A stretch of 64,000 bases of DNA. Origin: Patescibacteria group bacterium (GTDB lineage: Bacteria > Patescibacteriota > Patescibacteriia > PEXW01). The position numbers were made by a program, and so were the translations under genes. The notes under the pieces are model-generated. The model made no database searches. It was not told where the DNA came from and saw only the letters and a list, made by a program, of their open reading frames with translations. The stretch covers positions 18,649-82,648 of the forward strand of contig JBAYJA010000002.1 in the NCBI GenBank assembly GCA_041665345.1, read 5' to 3'. The first letter of the stretch is position 1; each line of letters opens with the position of its first letter. Below are positions 50,523 to 60,669 of this stretch, piece by piece.

Positions 50523-51248
50523 ATGTTAGAAAGCAAAGGAGAAGGTGGCCAACAATTCAAAGCACCCGAGGAGGAAGGAAAAAAAGAGAGTAGTTTTTTT
50601 GATGCGCCAATGGATGAAAAAGTTGGTGCACTGAAGACCACGTACCTGAAGGATTTGGCTGAGCTTGTTACTGGTGAAGCAGTGCCAGAATTAACAAAAG
50701 AAGAGGATCCGAATGCATATGAAATCGATCATCATTACGCAAAGGATGAAATAATCGCCGAGTACTTTTCCAGACTCATGAAAGACAAGGTGGTTTTGGA
50801 TCTTGGATGCGGAGTCCAGACTACTGGGTACAAGATCGCAAATTTTTCACATGCTAAAGAATACATTGGCGTGGAGAAGCATTTTGGGAAAAGCGCGTTT
50901 GAAAAAACAGCAGAAACTGCAGCTGGTGAATCAACGCCATTTCAGATTGTACAACAAGACATGGTTGAGTATGTTCAAGATCAGTCGCACTCGGCAGATG
51001 TCATCTTTTTAGTGGGTGTTGACCTCATTATTATTCCTGAAAACGAGTGGGAAAGACTTTTGCAAGGAATCCATCAAACTCTAACTGAGGATGGGCGTCT
51101 GCTCATCGGGGGTGGGATGGGGAAACCATGGCAGACAATTGAGAAATACTTTGTTCAGGACGCTTCGCTGGATGAGGTAAAAGCAAAACCAGAGTACATG
51201 CTTACTTGGATTCCATCAGTATGGAAAAAGAGGATGCACAGCCAGTAG
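50523..51248 (+). CDS. Class I SAM-dependent methyltransferase-like protein (low-GC islet gene 1)
   Basis: Motif I VVLDLGCGVQTTG with a downstream DVIFLVGVD. TATACT directly upstream. Roughly 40% GC. Confidence 0.6.
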   Translation: MLESKGEGGQQFKAPEEEGKKESSFFDAPMDEKVGALKTTYLKDLAELVTGEAVPELTKEEDPNAYEIDHHYAKDEIIAEYFSRLMKDKVVLDLGCGVQTTGYKIANFSHAKEYIGVEKHFGKSAFEKTAETAAGESTPFQIVQQDMVEYVQDQSHSADVIFLVGVDLIIIPENEWERLLQGIHQTLTEDGRLLIGGGMGKPWQTIEKYFVQDASLDEVKAKPEYMLTWIPSVWKKRMHSQ

Positions 51249-51311
51249 TAGTCATTTTGGATTATTTGTAAATAGTGACTCTACCTTTCCTTATCTTAAA
51301 CAGATTTCACT

Positions 51312-52355
51312 ATGATTGAAGGCTCAGGTGAGAATCGTGAACAGTTTAATGCTCCTGATGAGGAGCAAGCTGAAGGAGAAAAATTTCCAACGCTTGTTAA
51401 CCGTAAAGGTGAGCAGCGCATTGTTCGAAGCGCAGAAGAGGCTACTGCCTTAGTTACGGGGAGTAAGGATTGGGAGCGCGGAAATTTTTATCTTCTTGGC
51501 GGAACAAATGAAAAGCTGCGTGACGATTTATTGAAGAGTATAGGTTTGACCTTCGCGGAGCTGTATAAAATCTCTGCACAACACGTGGAAAATGCCCGGT
51601 TAGCGCTAAATAAGGATAGAGAAATACTGTATCTTCAAGAAGGGTCCGAGCAATGGCATGAGGCGGTGAGAAATTATCACTATTTTAACCGGTTGGAAAG
51701 CGAGCAAAGAAAGGAAAGAAATCCAGAAGAAGATTTCCCTCCGCTGTATGCTAAAGTTGAAGGTCTTGAAGCTGAGGTTCTTGAGAAAATTGAAACAACA
51801 ATTGTAAGAATTGCTCATTATATTGGCAAAGATTCACGTGCGTTGCTTGACTCATATGGGAGATTTAATAAAAGTCTCCTTGAGCAGCATGTGGAATTTG
51901 AACCTTTTAATGCAAAGAATTTATACGAGGCGTTCTGTCTCTTTGATTATTATTTTAACTATTCTGATGGTATGAATAAGAAAATCGAAAATGTCATGGA
52001 AAATCACAAGCCAAAAAAAGTAATGAAGTATGAAAAAAATCCACTCCTTAGCCCTTTTACAGAAACATGTAGAAAACTTCAAGCGGAAGGTGCAGAGCAC
52101 ATACCTGCCTGGCTGGCAGAACAAGCAAACATGGCAGGTACATCAGCTGTTTTCAGTGATGCGCAAGAGTTTATGAGTCAATTTGTAAAGGATATGACTA
52201 GCTATAAGGAACGGTATGAGGCTTATATCCTTCAGAATAAGATTGAAAACACACCAGCTTTTCCTGTTGAAATGTCATTCATAACGAATTTTGAAAAGAT
52301 GTCTAAAGAAATTAGCCGTGTTGGAAAGCCAAAGGGTGAATCTGCAGAGGAATAA
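51312..52355 (+). CDS. Hypothetical protein (low-GC islet gene 2), N-terminus related to gene 1
   Basis: 347 aa. N-terminal GSGENREQFNAPDEEQAEGEK parallels GEGGQQFKAPEEEGKKE of the neighbour. Confidence 0.55.
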   Translation: MIEGSGENREQFNAPDEEQAEGEKFPTLVNRKGEQRIVRSAEEATALVTGSKDWERGNFYLLGGTNEKLRDDLLKSIGLTFAELYKISAQHVENARLALNKDREILYLQEGSEQWHEAVRNYHYFNRLESEQRKERNPEEDFPPLYAKVEGLEAEVLEKIETTIVRIAHYIGKDSRALLDSYGRFNKSLLEQHVEFEPFNAKNLYEAFCLFDYYFNYSDGMNKKIENVMENHKPKKVMKYEKNPLLSPFTETCRKLQAEGAEHIPAWLAEQANMAGTSAVFSDAQEFMSQFVKDMTSYKERYEAYILQNKIENTPAFPVEMSFITNFEKMSKEISRVGKPKGESAEE

Positions 52356-52400
52356 TTAGCAGACATAAGGTTTGTTGCATTTTTCTGGTACAATGTATCC

Positions 52401-55100
52401 ATGCCAGATTTCCGACCGGCAACGGTGCCGATAGATGACGTTTTTCACCAGGTTGATGCTTCTAAACGGGGTTTGACCCAGCTTGAGGTTGATGCCCGAT
52501 TGCAGCAGTTTGGACCCAATAAGCTCCCAACCAACGAAGCTTCTTCTTCGGCGCGGACGTTCTTCCGGCAGTTTGAGAGCAGCTTGGTGATTATTATGCT
52601 CATTGCCACGGTGGTGAGTTTTTTCTTAGGTGATAACCTAGACGCTGTGGTTATTCTGGCCGCAGTTTTTTTGAATGTGCTGGTTGGTTTTTTCCAAGAG
52701 CGCCGGGCGGAGCGTGCGCTGGCTGCATTGCAAAAGGTTGCAACCTTCACTTCCACTGTGCTGCGCGATGGGCGGGAGCGGGACATTGCTTCATCCGAGG
52801 TTGTGCCAGGTGATGTGCTGGTGCTCCATGCTGGGCAGAAGGTTGCTGCTGATGCACGGCTGCTGGAAGTGTACGAATTTGAGGCAAATGAATCTGCGCT
52901 GACTGGTGAGTCCGCCCCTGTGGAGAAGCAGGCCGGGGTGCTCCCAGAAGCCGTGACCATTCCAGAACAGTTGAACATGGCTTTTGCGGGCACGGTGATT
53001 ACCCGCGGCCGGGGATTAGCAATAGTGACGACGACGGGTTTGCGGACGGAGCTGGGGAAGATCGCGCAGCTCTTAGATACTACGGTGACCGAGAAAACCC
53101 CGCTGCAACGTCGCTTGGTCAAGCTCAGCCGGAATCTTGCTGCAATTATTCTCGTTGTCGCGGCGCTGGTGTTCCTGCTGGGCTTATTCCGTTTGTACGA
53201 CATCGAAATAATGTTCACCACGGCAGTGGCTATTGCCGTGGCCTCCATTCCCGAAGGTTTAGCCGTGGTGGTTACCATTGCCTTGGCCTTGGGCATGACG
53301 CACATGCTGAAGCAACGCGCCTTGGCCCGGTCACTCCTGGCAGCCGAAGCGCTGGGTTCTGTAACGGTGATTGCGACGGATAAGACTGGAACCGTCACCG
53401 AAGGCTACATGCGTGTGGTGCAAATATTGACGCATGACCGTGCTGTGGGGCACCCGCACCGTGATCCAGGCGAACCTGATCCAACCGCGCTCACTGTGCT
53501 GAAGATCGCCGCCCTGGCCTCAGATGCCACGATTGAGAACCCAGACCGGCCGTTGGAAGAGTGGGACATTCGGGGCAACCTCACCGAACGAGCACTAGTA
53601 CGCGCTGCAGCTGAATCCGGTTTCAACTTGCCGGAGCTACGCCGGCAGTACACCCGCTTGGGTGAAGTACCGTTTGATTCTTCCCGGCGGTTCATGGCCG
53701 CGCTGCTGGAGCGGAAAAATGATGGCACCAGCGTGGTGGTGAAAGGCGCGCCCGAGGTGCTCTTTGCAAATGTGCAGTTCATTGACGAAGATGGGAAGCG
53801 GGTTCCGTTTACTCCAGAACGGAAACGTGAATGGGAAACCCGAGTGCGAGACATGAGTTCCCAAGGGCTTCGAGCTTTGGCTGTTGGTGAAAGGAAGGAT
53901 GTGGCAGGCATTACAGAACTAACTGATGAAAACGCGCTGCACGACCTTACACTGGTTGGTGTGGTTGGTATTCAAGACCCACTTCGGTCAGACGCCAAAG
54001 AAACCATTCGAATTCTCACAGAAGCAGGCATTCGAACGGTCATGCTGACCGGTGACAACCGGGCTACTGCGCTGGCGATTGCCAAAGGCTTGCAACTTGC
54101 GTCAACGGAAGCCGAGGTGATGGACGGCCGGGATTTGGAAGCATTGGATGCCGAAACGTTACAAGAACGCGTGGCGAATATTCGCGTCTTTGCGCGGGTG
54201 AGTCCCAAGGACAAACTTCGTATCATTGATGCATTGCAGGCACGCGGAGAAGTGGTGGCCATGACGGGCGACGGGGTGAATGACGCCCCAGCGCTGAAAG
54301 CTGCCGACATTGGCGTGGCTTTGGGTTCGGGGACAGATGTGGCCAAAGAGGCCGCGGATTTAGTTTTGCTCGATAATAATTTGCGAACGATTAGCAATGC
54401 AGTGTTTGAAGGACGAGTTATTTACCGCAATATCAAGCGGATTGTTCTCTACCTTCTCTCTGGCAGTTTTGCAGAGTTTGTCATCATCTGTGCAGCAGTT
54501 CTGCTTGGTTGGCCTTTGCCCATGGTGGCATCGCAAATTTTGTGGAACAACTTGGTGACCGATGGTCTGCCGACCATTGCCCTAACGCAGGAAACTGAGG
54601 ATGCTGGGATTTTGAAGGAGAAGCCTATTAAACCCAACCAACCCATTGTTGGCCCTTTCACCCTCCGGCTGACCATTGTCATGAGCCTGGTCATCGGTCT
54701 GGGTGCGCTGGCGCTGTTCTGGCTGGGTTGGGACAATGGTCGTAACCTTGCCTACGGCCGAACACTGGCCTTTGCCGCGGTGGGTATTTCTACGTTGCTG
54801 TGCGCGTTTTCTGCCCGCACGCTGCGTCACCCCCTCACGTCCAGCTCACCACTTCGTAACCCATCTCTACTCGTAGCTTTAGGGTTTAGCCTGGGCCTGC
54901 AACTTTTGGCTGTATACCTGCCCCTTGGACAGAAAGTGTTTGGCACGGTGGCACTCAGCCTGGGTGACTGGGTACTGATTTTGGCCTTTGCGGTAATCGT
55001 GGTGGCAATTACCGAGATGAGTAAAGTCTGGTTCCGAAAGCGGGATGTGCCAGTGATAGCCTTTGTGGGGAAGGGGGATGGGGAAGCCGTAAAGCTATAG
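52401..55100 (+). CDS. P-type cation-transporting ATPase (type II, Ca2+/Mg2+-ATPase-like)
   Basis: DKTGTVT phosphorylation site, TGDGVNDAPALKAADIGVA hinge and 10 TM helices. 899 aa. Confidence 0.92.
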   Translation: MPDFRPATVPIDDVFHQVDASKRGLTQLEVDARLQQFGPNKLPTNEASSSARTFFRQFESSLVIIMLIATVVSFFLGDNLDAVVILAAVFLNVLVGFFQERRAERALAALQKVATFTSTVLRDGRERDIASSEVVPGDVLVLHAGQKVAADARLLEVYEFEANESALTGESAPVEKQAGVLPEAVTIPEQLNMAFAGTVITRGRGLAIVTTTGLRTELGKIAQLLDTTVTEKTPLQRRLVKLSRNLAAIILVVAALVFLLGLFRLYDIEIMFTTAVAIAVASIPEGLAVVVTIALALGMTHMLKQRALARSLLAAEALGSVTVIATDKTGTVTEGYMRVVQILTHDRAVGHPHRDPGEPDPTALTVLKIAALASDATIENPDRPLEEWDIRGNLTERALVRAAAESGFNLPELRRQYTRLGEVPFDSSRRFMAALLERKNDGTSVVVKGAPEVLFANVQFIDEDGKRVPFTPERKREWETRVRDMSSQGLRALAVGERKDVAGITELTDENALHDLTLVGVVGIQDPLRSDAKETIRILTEAGIRTVMLTGDNRATALAIAKGLQLASTEAEVMDGRDLEALDAETLQERVANIRVFARVSPKDKLRIIDALQARGEVVAMTGDGVNDAPALKAADIGVALGSGTDVAKEAADLVLLDNNLRTISNAVFEGRVIYRNIKRIVLYLLSGSFAEFVIICAAVLLGWPLPMVASQILWNNLVTDGLPTIALTQETEDAGILKEKPIKPNQPIVGPFTLRLTIVMSLVIGLGALALFWLGWDNGRNLAYGRTLAFAAVGISTLLCAFSARTLRHPLTSSSPLRNPSLLVALGFSLGLQLLAVYLPLGQKVFGTVALSLGDWVLILAFAVIVVAITEMSKVWFRKRDVPVIAFVGKGDGEAVKL

Positions 55101-55340
55101 AGGTGTAGAGTTTTAGAGATCTTGGAATTCTGTAACAATCTGTCATTGCGAGGAACGAGTCCTCGAGCGACGCGGCAATCCCGCTGTAACACGGAACCAA
55201 GAAGACTCACTAAGCTCCTTTTTTCTGTCATCCTGAACGTAGCGTAGCGGAGTGAAGGATCTTGCTTTTCATTAAGGACTGTCCGCAAGATTCTTCGTCA
55301 GACTCAGAATGACAGAGGAAGGGGGATAATGAGTCTACAG

Positions 55341-55380
55341 CCAAAAAAAAGTTCACCATCCATTGACGGTGAACTGAATA
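55341..55380 (-). terminator. Rho-independent terminator for the minus-strand gene 55402-55788
   Basis: On the minus strand, gttcacc-N10-ggtgaac is followed by T8. Confidence 0.75.
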
Positions 55381-55401
55381 TGTTCGTATTTTTTGGTGCA
55401 A

Positions 55402-55788
55402 TTACCCGTGCGATTCTACACGCTCGAGCCAACCACTTTGCGTTGTAAAATCCAGCATCCCTTTAAACTGGATCCAACAGGTCATATGTTCGACTGCGAT
55501 CATATCCCGGAAGTCTTCACAGGCTGCCCAAAGGAAGGCGGTAAACTCTTGAGCCATTCCGCTTCGATTAACCCTTTTTGTATCAGTGATGATTAGCAGG
55601 AGTTCTCGCTTCTCACCCTTTTCATTTTCCGTTAAGAAAGTTTCACCTCGAAATGTTGGTGATTTGACTCCTCCTCGGCTGTGCGGTGGGGGTAAGTAGC
55701 CGGGATATGGGTCTGCATCGATTTCCGTAAACAGGGAATGCATAAACGCCAGTCGATCGGGACCTGCCAAAATTTGTATCCTAGGCAT
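55402..55788 (-). CDS. Hypothetical protein
   Basis: GGAGG SD 5-9 nt upstream of the ATG. 128 aa followed by a terminator. No recognisable domain. Confidence 0.55.
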   Translation of the reverse strand: MPRIQILAGPDRLAFMHSLFTEIDADPYPGYLPPPHSRGGVKSPTFRGETFLTENEKGEKRELLLIITDTKRVNRSGMAQEFTAFLWAACEDFRDMIAVEHMTCWIQFKGMLDFTTQSGWLERVESHG

Positions 55789-55921
55789 TTTTCCTCCTAC
55801 AGGTTGTTAAGTGATTTACTATATTAGGTATCAAACTCTTCATACAAACTACACTAACCTGACGGATAATCAAGCGTGAAAATTACTTGCCAAAGCCCTG
55901 AAAAATCAGTATATTTAGGCC

Positions 55922-57214
55922 ATGAATGTTCGGATTGCTGACATTGCTGGTTTTGACGGCAAAGAGGTTTCTATCCAAGGCTGGGCCGCCAATGTGCGCT
56001 CCAGCGGGAAGATTGCGTTCCTCCAATTGCGTGACGGCTCAGCTGGCTTGCTGCAAGTTGTCGTGTCGCACGAGGCCGTGGGGGATGCAGTTTTTGCGTC
56101 CGCAAAAGCAGTGACCATTGAGTCCTCGATCATTGTCACCGGTCTGGTGAAAGCTGAGCCCCGTTCACCCGGCGGTTTTGAGTTACAGGCCACCAAGGTC
56201 GAGCTGCTCCAAAAAGCTGAAGAATACCCCATTGGCAAGAAAGAGCATGGTCCAGACTTTTTGCTGGATAACCGGCATCTGTGGATCCGCAGCCCGCGTC
56301 AGGCCGCGATTCTCCGCGTGCGGGACACAGTCATTTGGGCGTTACGGGACTTTTTCCGCAAAGAAGGGTTTATTCTCACGGACACGCCCATTTTGACGCC
56401 CACCTCCTGCGAAGGGACGACGACCCTTTTTGAAACTGAGTACTTTGACCAACAGGCGTACCTCTCGCAGTCTGGCCAGCTCTACCTGGAAGCCTTGGCA
56501 ATGGCTTTGGGCAAGGTCTACGATTTTGGTCCCACCTTTCGCGCGGAAAAGTCCAAAACCCGGCGGCACCTGACCGAATTCTGGATGCTGGACGCGGAAG
56601 CAGCGTACATGGACTTGGAAGCCAGCATGCAGCTGCAGGAGCGGATGATTGTCCATGTTGTCCAAACAGTCCTTACCGAGCGCAAGACAGAGCTCGCACT
56701 CTTGGAGCGAGATGTCACAGCCTTGGAAAAAATTCAATCGCCATTCGAACGCATGACCTACGATCAAGCACTGGCAAAACTCAAAGAACTTGGCTCTGAC
56801 ATCAAATGGGGGACAGACTTGGGTAACGATGACGAGACCATCTTGACCAAAGCCTACGACAAGCCAATTTTCATTACACACTACCCTTCGGAGATCAAAG
56901 CTTTCTACATGAAGCCAGACCCAACGAATCCAAAAGTTGCCTTATGTGCCGACCTCCTTGCCCCGGAAGGGTATGGGGAAGTAATTGGTGGCTCGCAGCG
57001 CATTGATGATTTGCAGATGCTGGAGCAGCGGATTGCCGAGCACAAGCTTCCCAAGAAGGATCTGGAGTGGTACTTGGATTTGCGGCGTTACGGTTCGGTG
57101 CCGCACAGTGGCTTTGGCATTGGCCTGGAGCGCACGGTGACCTGGCTGTGTGGTCTCACTCATGTCCGTGAGTCCATCCCTTTCCCAAGATTGATTAATC
57201 GTCTAACACCGTAA
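55922..57214 (+). CDS. asnS: Asparaginyl-tRNA synthetase
   Basis: Motif 2 FRAEKSKTRRHLTEFWMLDAE and a C-terminal GGSQR...RYGSVPHSGFGIGLER...IPFPR typical of AsnRS. Confidence 0.88.
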   Translation: MNVRIADIAGFDGKEVSIQGWAANVRSSGKIAFLQLRDGSAGLLQVVVSHEAVGDAVFASAKAVTIESSIIVTGLVKAEPRSPGGFELQATKVELLQKAEEYPIGKKEHGPDFLLDNRHLWIRSPRQAAILRVRDTVIWALRDFFRKEGFILTDTPILTPTSCEGTTTLFETEYFDQQAYLSQSGQLYLEALAMALGKVYDFGPTFRAEKSKTRRHLTEFWMLDAEAAYMDLEASMQLQERMIVHVVQTVLTERKTELALLERDVTALEKIQSPFERMTYDQALAKLKELGSDIKWGTDLGNDDETILTKAYDKPIFITHYPSEIKAFYMKPDPTNPKVALCADLLAPEGYGEVIGGSQRIDDLQMLEQRIAEHKLPKKDLEWYLDLRRYGSVPHSGFGIGLERTVTWLCGLTHVRESIPFPRLINRLTP

Positions 57215-57216
57215 CT

Positions 57217-58608
57217 ATGGAACGCACGCTCGCTGTAGAAACCCCACAACTCGTTGGTCAGGAAGTGAAACTTCAAGGCTGGGTACACAACCACCGGCGC
57301 TTGGGGAAAATGGTGTTCATTGACTTGCGGGATCGCACAGGTTTGGTGCAAGTGCTTTTTGCTGATGATTTGACCGAACCAGCCAATCAAATTCGGCCAG
57401 AGTACGTGGTGGAAATAACTGGCACGGTTGTTGAACGGAAAGGCAAAGGTGCAAATCCAAATCTTCCCACAGGCTTGGTGGAAATTCATGCGAAGTCGCT
57501 CAGCGTCTTGAGTGAGGCGCAAACTCCACCTTTTCCCATCAACGACGAAACCAAAGCTCAGGAGACGAATGAGGAGCTTCGGTTGGAGTACCGGTATTTG
57601 GATTTACGCCGCCAGAGTATGCGGCAGAATCTGGCCTTACGCGCCAAAGTGAATGCACACTTCCGAGCTTTCTTGCAGGAGCAAGGTTTTACCGAAGTAG
57701 AAACACCGTACCTAACCAAAGGCACACCCGAAGGTGCGCGGGAGTTCATTGTGCCGTCCAGGAATTTTGCCGGGAAGTTTTACGTGTTGCCGCAGAGCCC
57801 GCAGCAATTCAAGCAGCTGCTTATGGTGGCTGGGGTGGAACGCTACTTCCAGATTGTGCGGTGCTTCCGGGATGAAGACCAGCGGGGCGACCGGCAGCCA
57901 GAGTTCACCCAGCTGGATATGGAAATGAGCTTTGTAGATGAACACGAAGTCATGCAGTTGGTGGAAGACATGATGATCGCCTTGGTCAAAGCTGTCACAC
58001 CGGAAAAGCACATCACCCAGGTGCCGTTCCCGCGCATTCCATATGTTGAAGCAATGGCCAAGTACAATTCGGACAAGCCAGATATTCGGAAAGATAAGAA
58101 CGATCCAAACGAGCTGGGCTTTTGTTTCATTACTGACTTCCCCTTGTTTGAATATTCGGAAGAGGAAAAGAAGTTGGTTCCGGTGCACCATCTCTTCACC
58201 GCGCCCAAAGACGCTGACCTGGAGTTGCTGGCCACTGATCCAGCCAAAGTCACGGCCAAGCAGTATGACTTGGCGCTGAATGGGTTTGAGGTTGCAGGTG
58301 GCAGTATTCGGAATCACAAACCAGAGGTGCAGCAGCAAATTTTTAACATCCTCAAACTGGCACCCGAAGACGTTACCCGTCGGTTTGGCCACATGCTGAA
58401 GGCCTTTAGCTACGGTGTGCCACCGCACGGGGGGATTGCCCCAGGCATTGACCGGCTGGTTGCGATTCTCGCCGGTGTGCCAAACATCCGGGAAGTCATT
58501 GCTTTCCCCAAGACCGGTGACGCACGCGACCCCATGATGGGCGCGCCAACTGAGCTGCCCGAGCAGCAACTGAGAGACGTGCACATCGCATCCATCAAGA
58601 AAGAGTAA
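57217..58608 (+). CDS. aspS: Aspartyl-tRNA synthetase, bacterial type lacking the GAD insertion domain
   Basis: QLDMEMSF motif 2 region and GGIAPGIDRLV motif 3. 463 aa against ~590 for GAD-containing forms. Confidence 0.88.
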   Translation: MERTLAVETPQLVGQEVKLQGWVHNHRRLGKMVFIDLRDRTGLVQVLFADDLTEPANQIRPEYVVEITGTVVERKGKGANPNLPTGLVEIHAKSLSVLSEAQTPPFPINDETKAQETNEELRLEYRYLDLRRQSMRQNLALRAKVNAHFRAFLQEQGFTEVETPYLTKGTPEGAREFIVPSRNFAGKFYVLPQSPQQFKQLLMVAGVERYFQIVRCFRDEDQRGDRQPEFTQLDMEMSFVDEHEVMQLVEDMMIALVKAVTPEKHITQVPFPRIPYVEAMAKYNSDKPDIRKDKNDPNELGFCFITDFPLFEYSEEEKKLVPVHHLFTAPKDADLELLATDPAKVTAKQYDLALNGFEVAGGSIRNHKPEVQQQIFNILKLAPEDVTRRFGHMLKAFSYGVPPHGGIAPGIDRLVAILAGVPNIREVIAFPKTGDARDPMMGAPTELPEQQLRDVHIASIKKE

Positions 58609-58613
58609 GGTCT

Positions 58614-58916
58614 ATGCCTGCCCTGTCTCGCCTCCAGCGGTTCATTCTCCGAGAAGCACTTGGGGGAGTGGTGACCAAGCGAGCAGCGTTTCAAAAGTTT
58701 TATTCTAAGCAACCCAAGCCGCCCTCAGCGCATGATCGAGAGAACGCCATAACCAAGTCTATTGAACGGCTGATCGACAATGGGTACCTGGTGGGGCTGG
58801 GTCGTCGCACACCCCAGAGGTGGTTCTTGGAAGCCGTGCGGTTGACCCCCGCCGGCAAAAAGACTGCCAAACGGCTACTTGGCCAGCAACAACAATTTCC
58901 CTTTCGCCGAAAGTAA
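58614..58916 (+). CDS. Hypothetical small basic protein (possible winged-helix)
   Basis: 100 aa, basic, with a helical N-terminal half. No recognisable motif. Confidence 0.45.
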   Translation: MPALSRLQRFILREALGGVVTKRAAFQKFYSKQPKPPSAHDRENAITKSIERLIDNGYLVGLGRRTPQRWFLEAVRLTPAGKKTAKRLLGQQQQFPFRRK

Positions 58917-58921
58917 ACCCT

Positions 58922-59479
58922 ATGTCCATCCCCGCAAAAATCAGCAAGTTCCTGGGCGCCAAGAAAGTGCAGTACGACGTGGTGCCGCACAAGACCGTTT
59001 TCACCGTGTACGACTTAGCCCAGACCATGAAGCTCAAGTTGGAGCAGATTGCCAAGACGCTGCTGGTCAAAGCTGACAAGCGGTACATTCTGGTGGTCAT
59101 GCCCGCACACTACCGTCTGGATTTTGGGAAATTGAAAAAAGTGTTGAAAGTGAAGGACGTGAGCATTGCCAAGGAAAAGGACATGCAAGCCAAGTTCAAG
59201 ACCAAACCCGGGGCCATGGTTCCGTTTGGGGCCATTCACAAGTTGGATGTCATTACCGACAAGTCATTTTTGAAAGTGAAGGACGCGCTGTTCTCCGCCG
59301 GCAGTTTCACAGATAGTATCCGGATGAAGTTAAAGGACTATTTGAAAGCTGTTGAGCCAACCGTGGCTGATATTGGAAAGAAGTTTCCCATCAAACTTCA
59401 GATCGTGAAGAAGGCACCGAAGAAACCACATCGCAAAGGTACGCGAAAGCCAAAACTAGCCAAGCGGAAGAAGCGGTAG
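58922..59479 (+). CDS. YbaK/ProX-family aminoacyl-tRNA deacylase domain protein with Lys-rich C-terminal tail
   Basis: VPHKTVFTVYDLAQ...ILVVMPAHYRLDFGKLKK matches the YbaK/EbsC fold signature. The tail reads KKAPKKPHRKGTRKPKLAKRKKR. Confidence 0.65.
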   Translation: MSIPAKISKFLGAKKVQYDVVPHKTVFTVYDLAQTMKLKLEQIAKTLLVKADKRYILVVMPAHYRLDFGKLKKVLKVKDVSIAKEKDMQAKFKTKPGAMVPFGAIHKLDVITDKSFLKVKDALFSAGSFTDSIRMKLKDYLKAVEPTVADIGKKFPIKLQIVKKAPKKPHRKGTRKPKLAKRKKR

Positions 59480-59481
59480 TC

Positions 59482-59946
59482 ATGGACGCAATTTCTCATG
59501 CCGCCTGGGGAGCGACCATCCTTCGGAATCGGAAATTTGTGGGTTGGGCAGCGCTCACTGGCATTTTGCCAGATTTGATCCCTGCGCTCTACGGCGTGGT
59601 GCGGTATGGGAAGCGCTACTTTACTGATATCATTGATCAGTCCTTCGCTGAACACCCCGGGAACTTTTACATCATCCTGTATCGCTTCACGCACAGCTTG
59701 CTCCCCATTAGTCTTGTATCGCTCGTGCTTTGGGTGGTCGCTCCGGTGTGGCTCCCACTGGTCATTCCGTACTACTTGCACTTGGCCATGGACGTCTTTA
59801 CGCACCGCGGCTTGTGGGCAACGCGCTTGCTCTACCCCGTGTCAGACTGGCATATTGAAGGTTGGAATTGGTGGCAGCGACGCTGGGTGAACATTGGGAA
59901 CTGGAGCGCGCTCGTCATTCTCAATTTGTGGTTCTTCCTTCGTTAA
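59482..59946 (+). CDS. DUF457/YdjM-like membrane-bound hydrolase family protein (paralog of 16486-17004)
   Basis: MDAISHAAWGA N-terminus, LPDL and RFTHSLL motifs, multi-TM. Confidence 0.5.
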   Translation: MDAISHAAWGATILRNRKFVGWAALTGILPDLIPALYGVVRYGKRYFTDIIDQSFAEHPGNFYIILYRFTHSLLPISLVSLVLWVVAPVWLPLVIPYYLHLAMDVFTHRGLWATRLLYPVSDWHIEGWNWWQRRWVNIGNWSALVILNLWFFLR

Positions 59947-59949
59947 ACC

Positions 59950-60669
59950 ATGCGCAACATTACTGTGGAAAAATTTGAAGGCCCACTTGACCTCCTCCTC
60001 CAACTCATTGAGACCGAGGAGCTGGACATTACCCAAGTAGCTTTAGCGCAGGTAACGGAACAGTACTTGCGTACCCTGGAAGGCGCAACGAATGTGGGGC
60101 CAGAAGAACTCGCTGATTTTTTAGTGGTGGCGGCAAAGCTCTTACTCATCAAGTCCAGAGTGCTGCTGCCGCAGCTGCAGGTGGGGGACGAAACTGAGGC
60201 GACAGATTTGGAACGGCAGCTGAAGATGTACAAGGCGTACTTGGATGCCTCCCGGGCTGTAGCCAAAATTATTCACAAGCGGCGGTTCACCTTTGGTCGG
60301 GGCAAACCAGCGGTGATGATTGAGCAGAAATTTTCACCCCCGCCATCGTTGACGAGTGCAGCATTGCACGTCACTTTCCTCACGGTTCTGCAAGAATTGG
60401 AGCCAATCATCAGCCTGCCCAAGGCGGTGATTGAGCGCACAGTGTCCATTGCCGAGAAGATTGAGCATATCCGGGTTTTGATTCTGGACCAAGCTTTGGT
60501 ATCCTTCAAGCAGATTGTGCAGCAAGCAGGCTCCAAAACCGACGTGATCGTTTCCTTCCTCGCCCTCTTGGAGCTGGTGAAGCAGCGGGGGATCATGGTG
60601 AAGCAGACTGCACTCTTCGATGACATTGCCATTCAACGCCTAGACCCACCCACCAATGCTGAAGCATAA
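59950..60669 (+). CDS. scpA: Segregation and condensation protein A
   Basis: FEGPLDLLLQLIETEELDI typical ScpA. Confidence 0.9.
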   Translation: MRNITVEKFEGPLDLLLQLIETEELDITQVALAQVTEQYLRTLEGATNVGPEELADFLVVAAKLLLIKSRVLLPQLQVGDETEATDLERQLKMYKAYLDASRAVAKIIHKRRFTFGRGKPAVMIEQKFSPPPSLTSAALHVTFLTVLQELEPIISLPKAVIERTVSIAEKIEHIRVLILDQALVSFKQIVQQAGSKTDVIVSFLALLELVKQRGIMVKQTALFDDIAIQRLDPPTNAEA

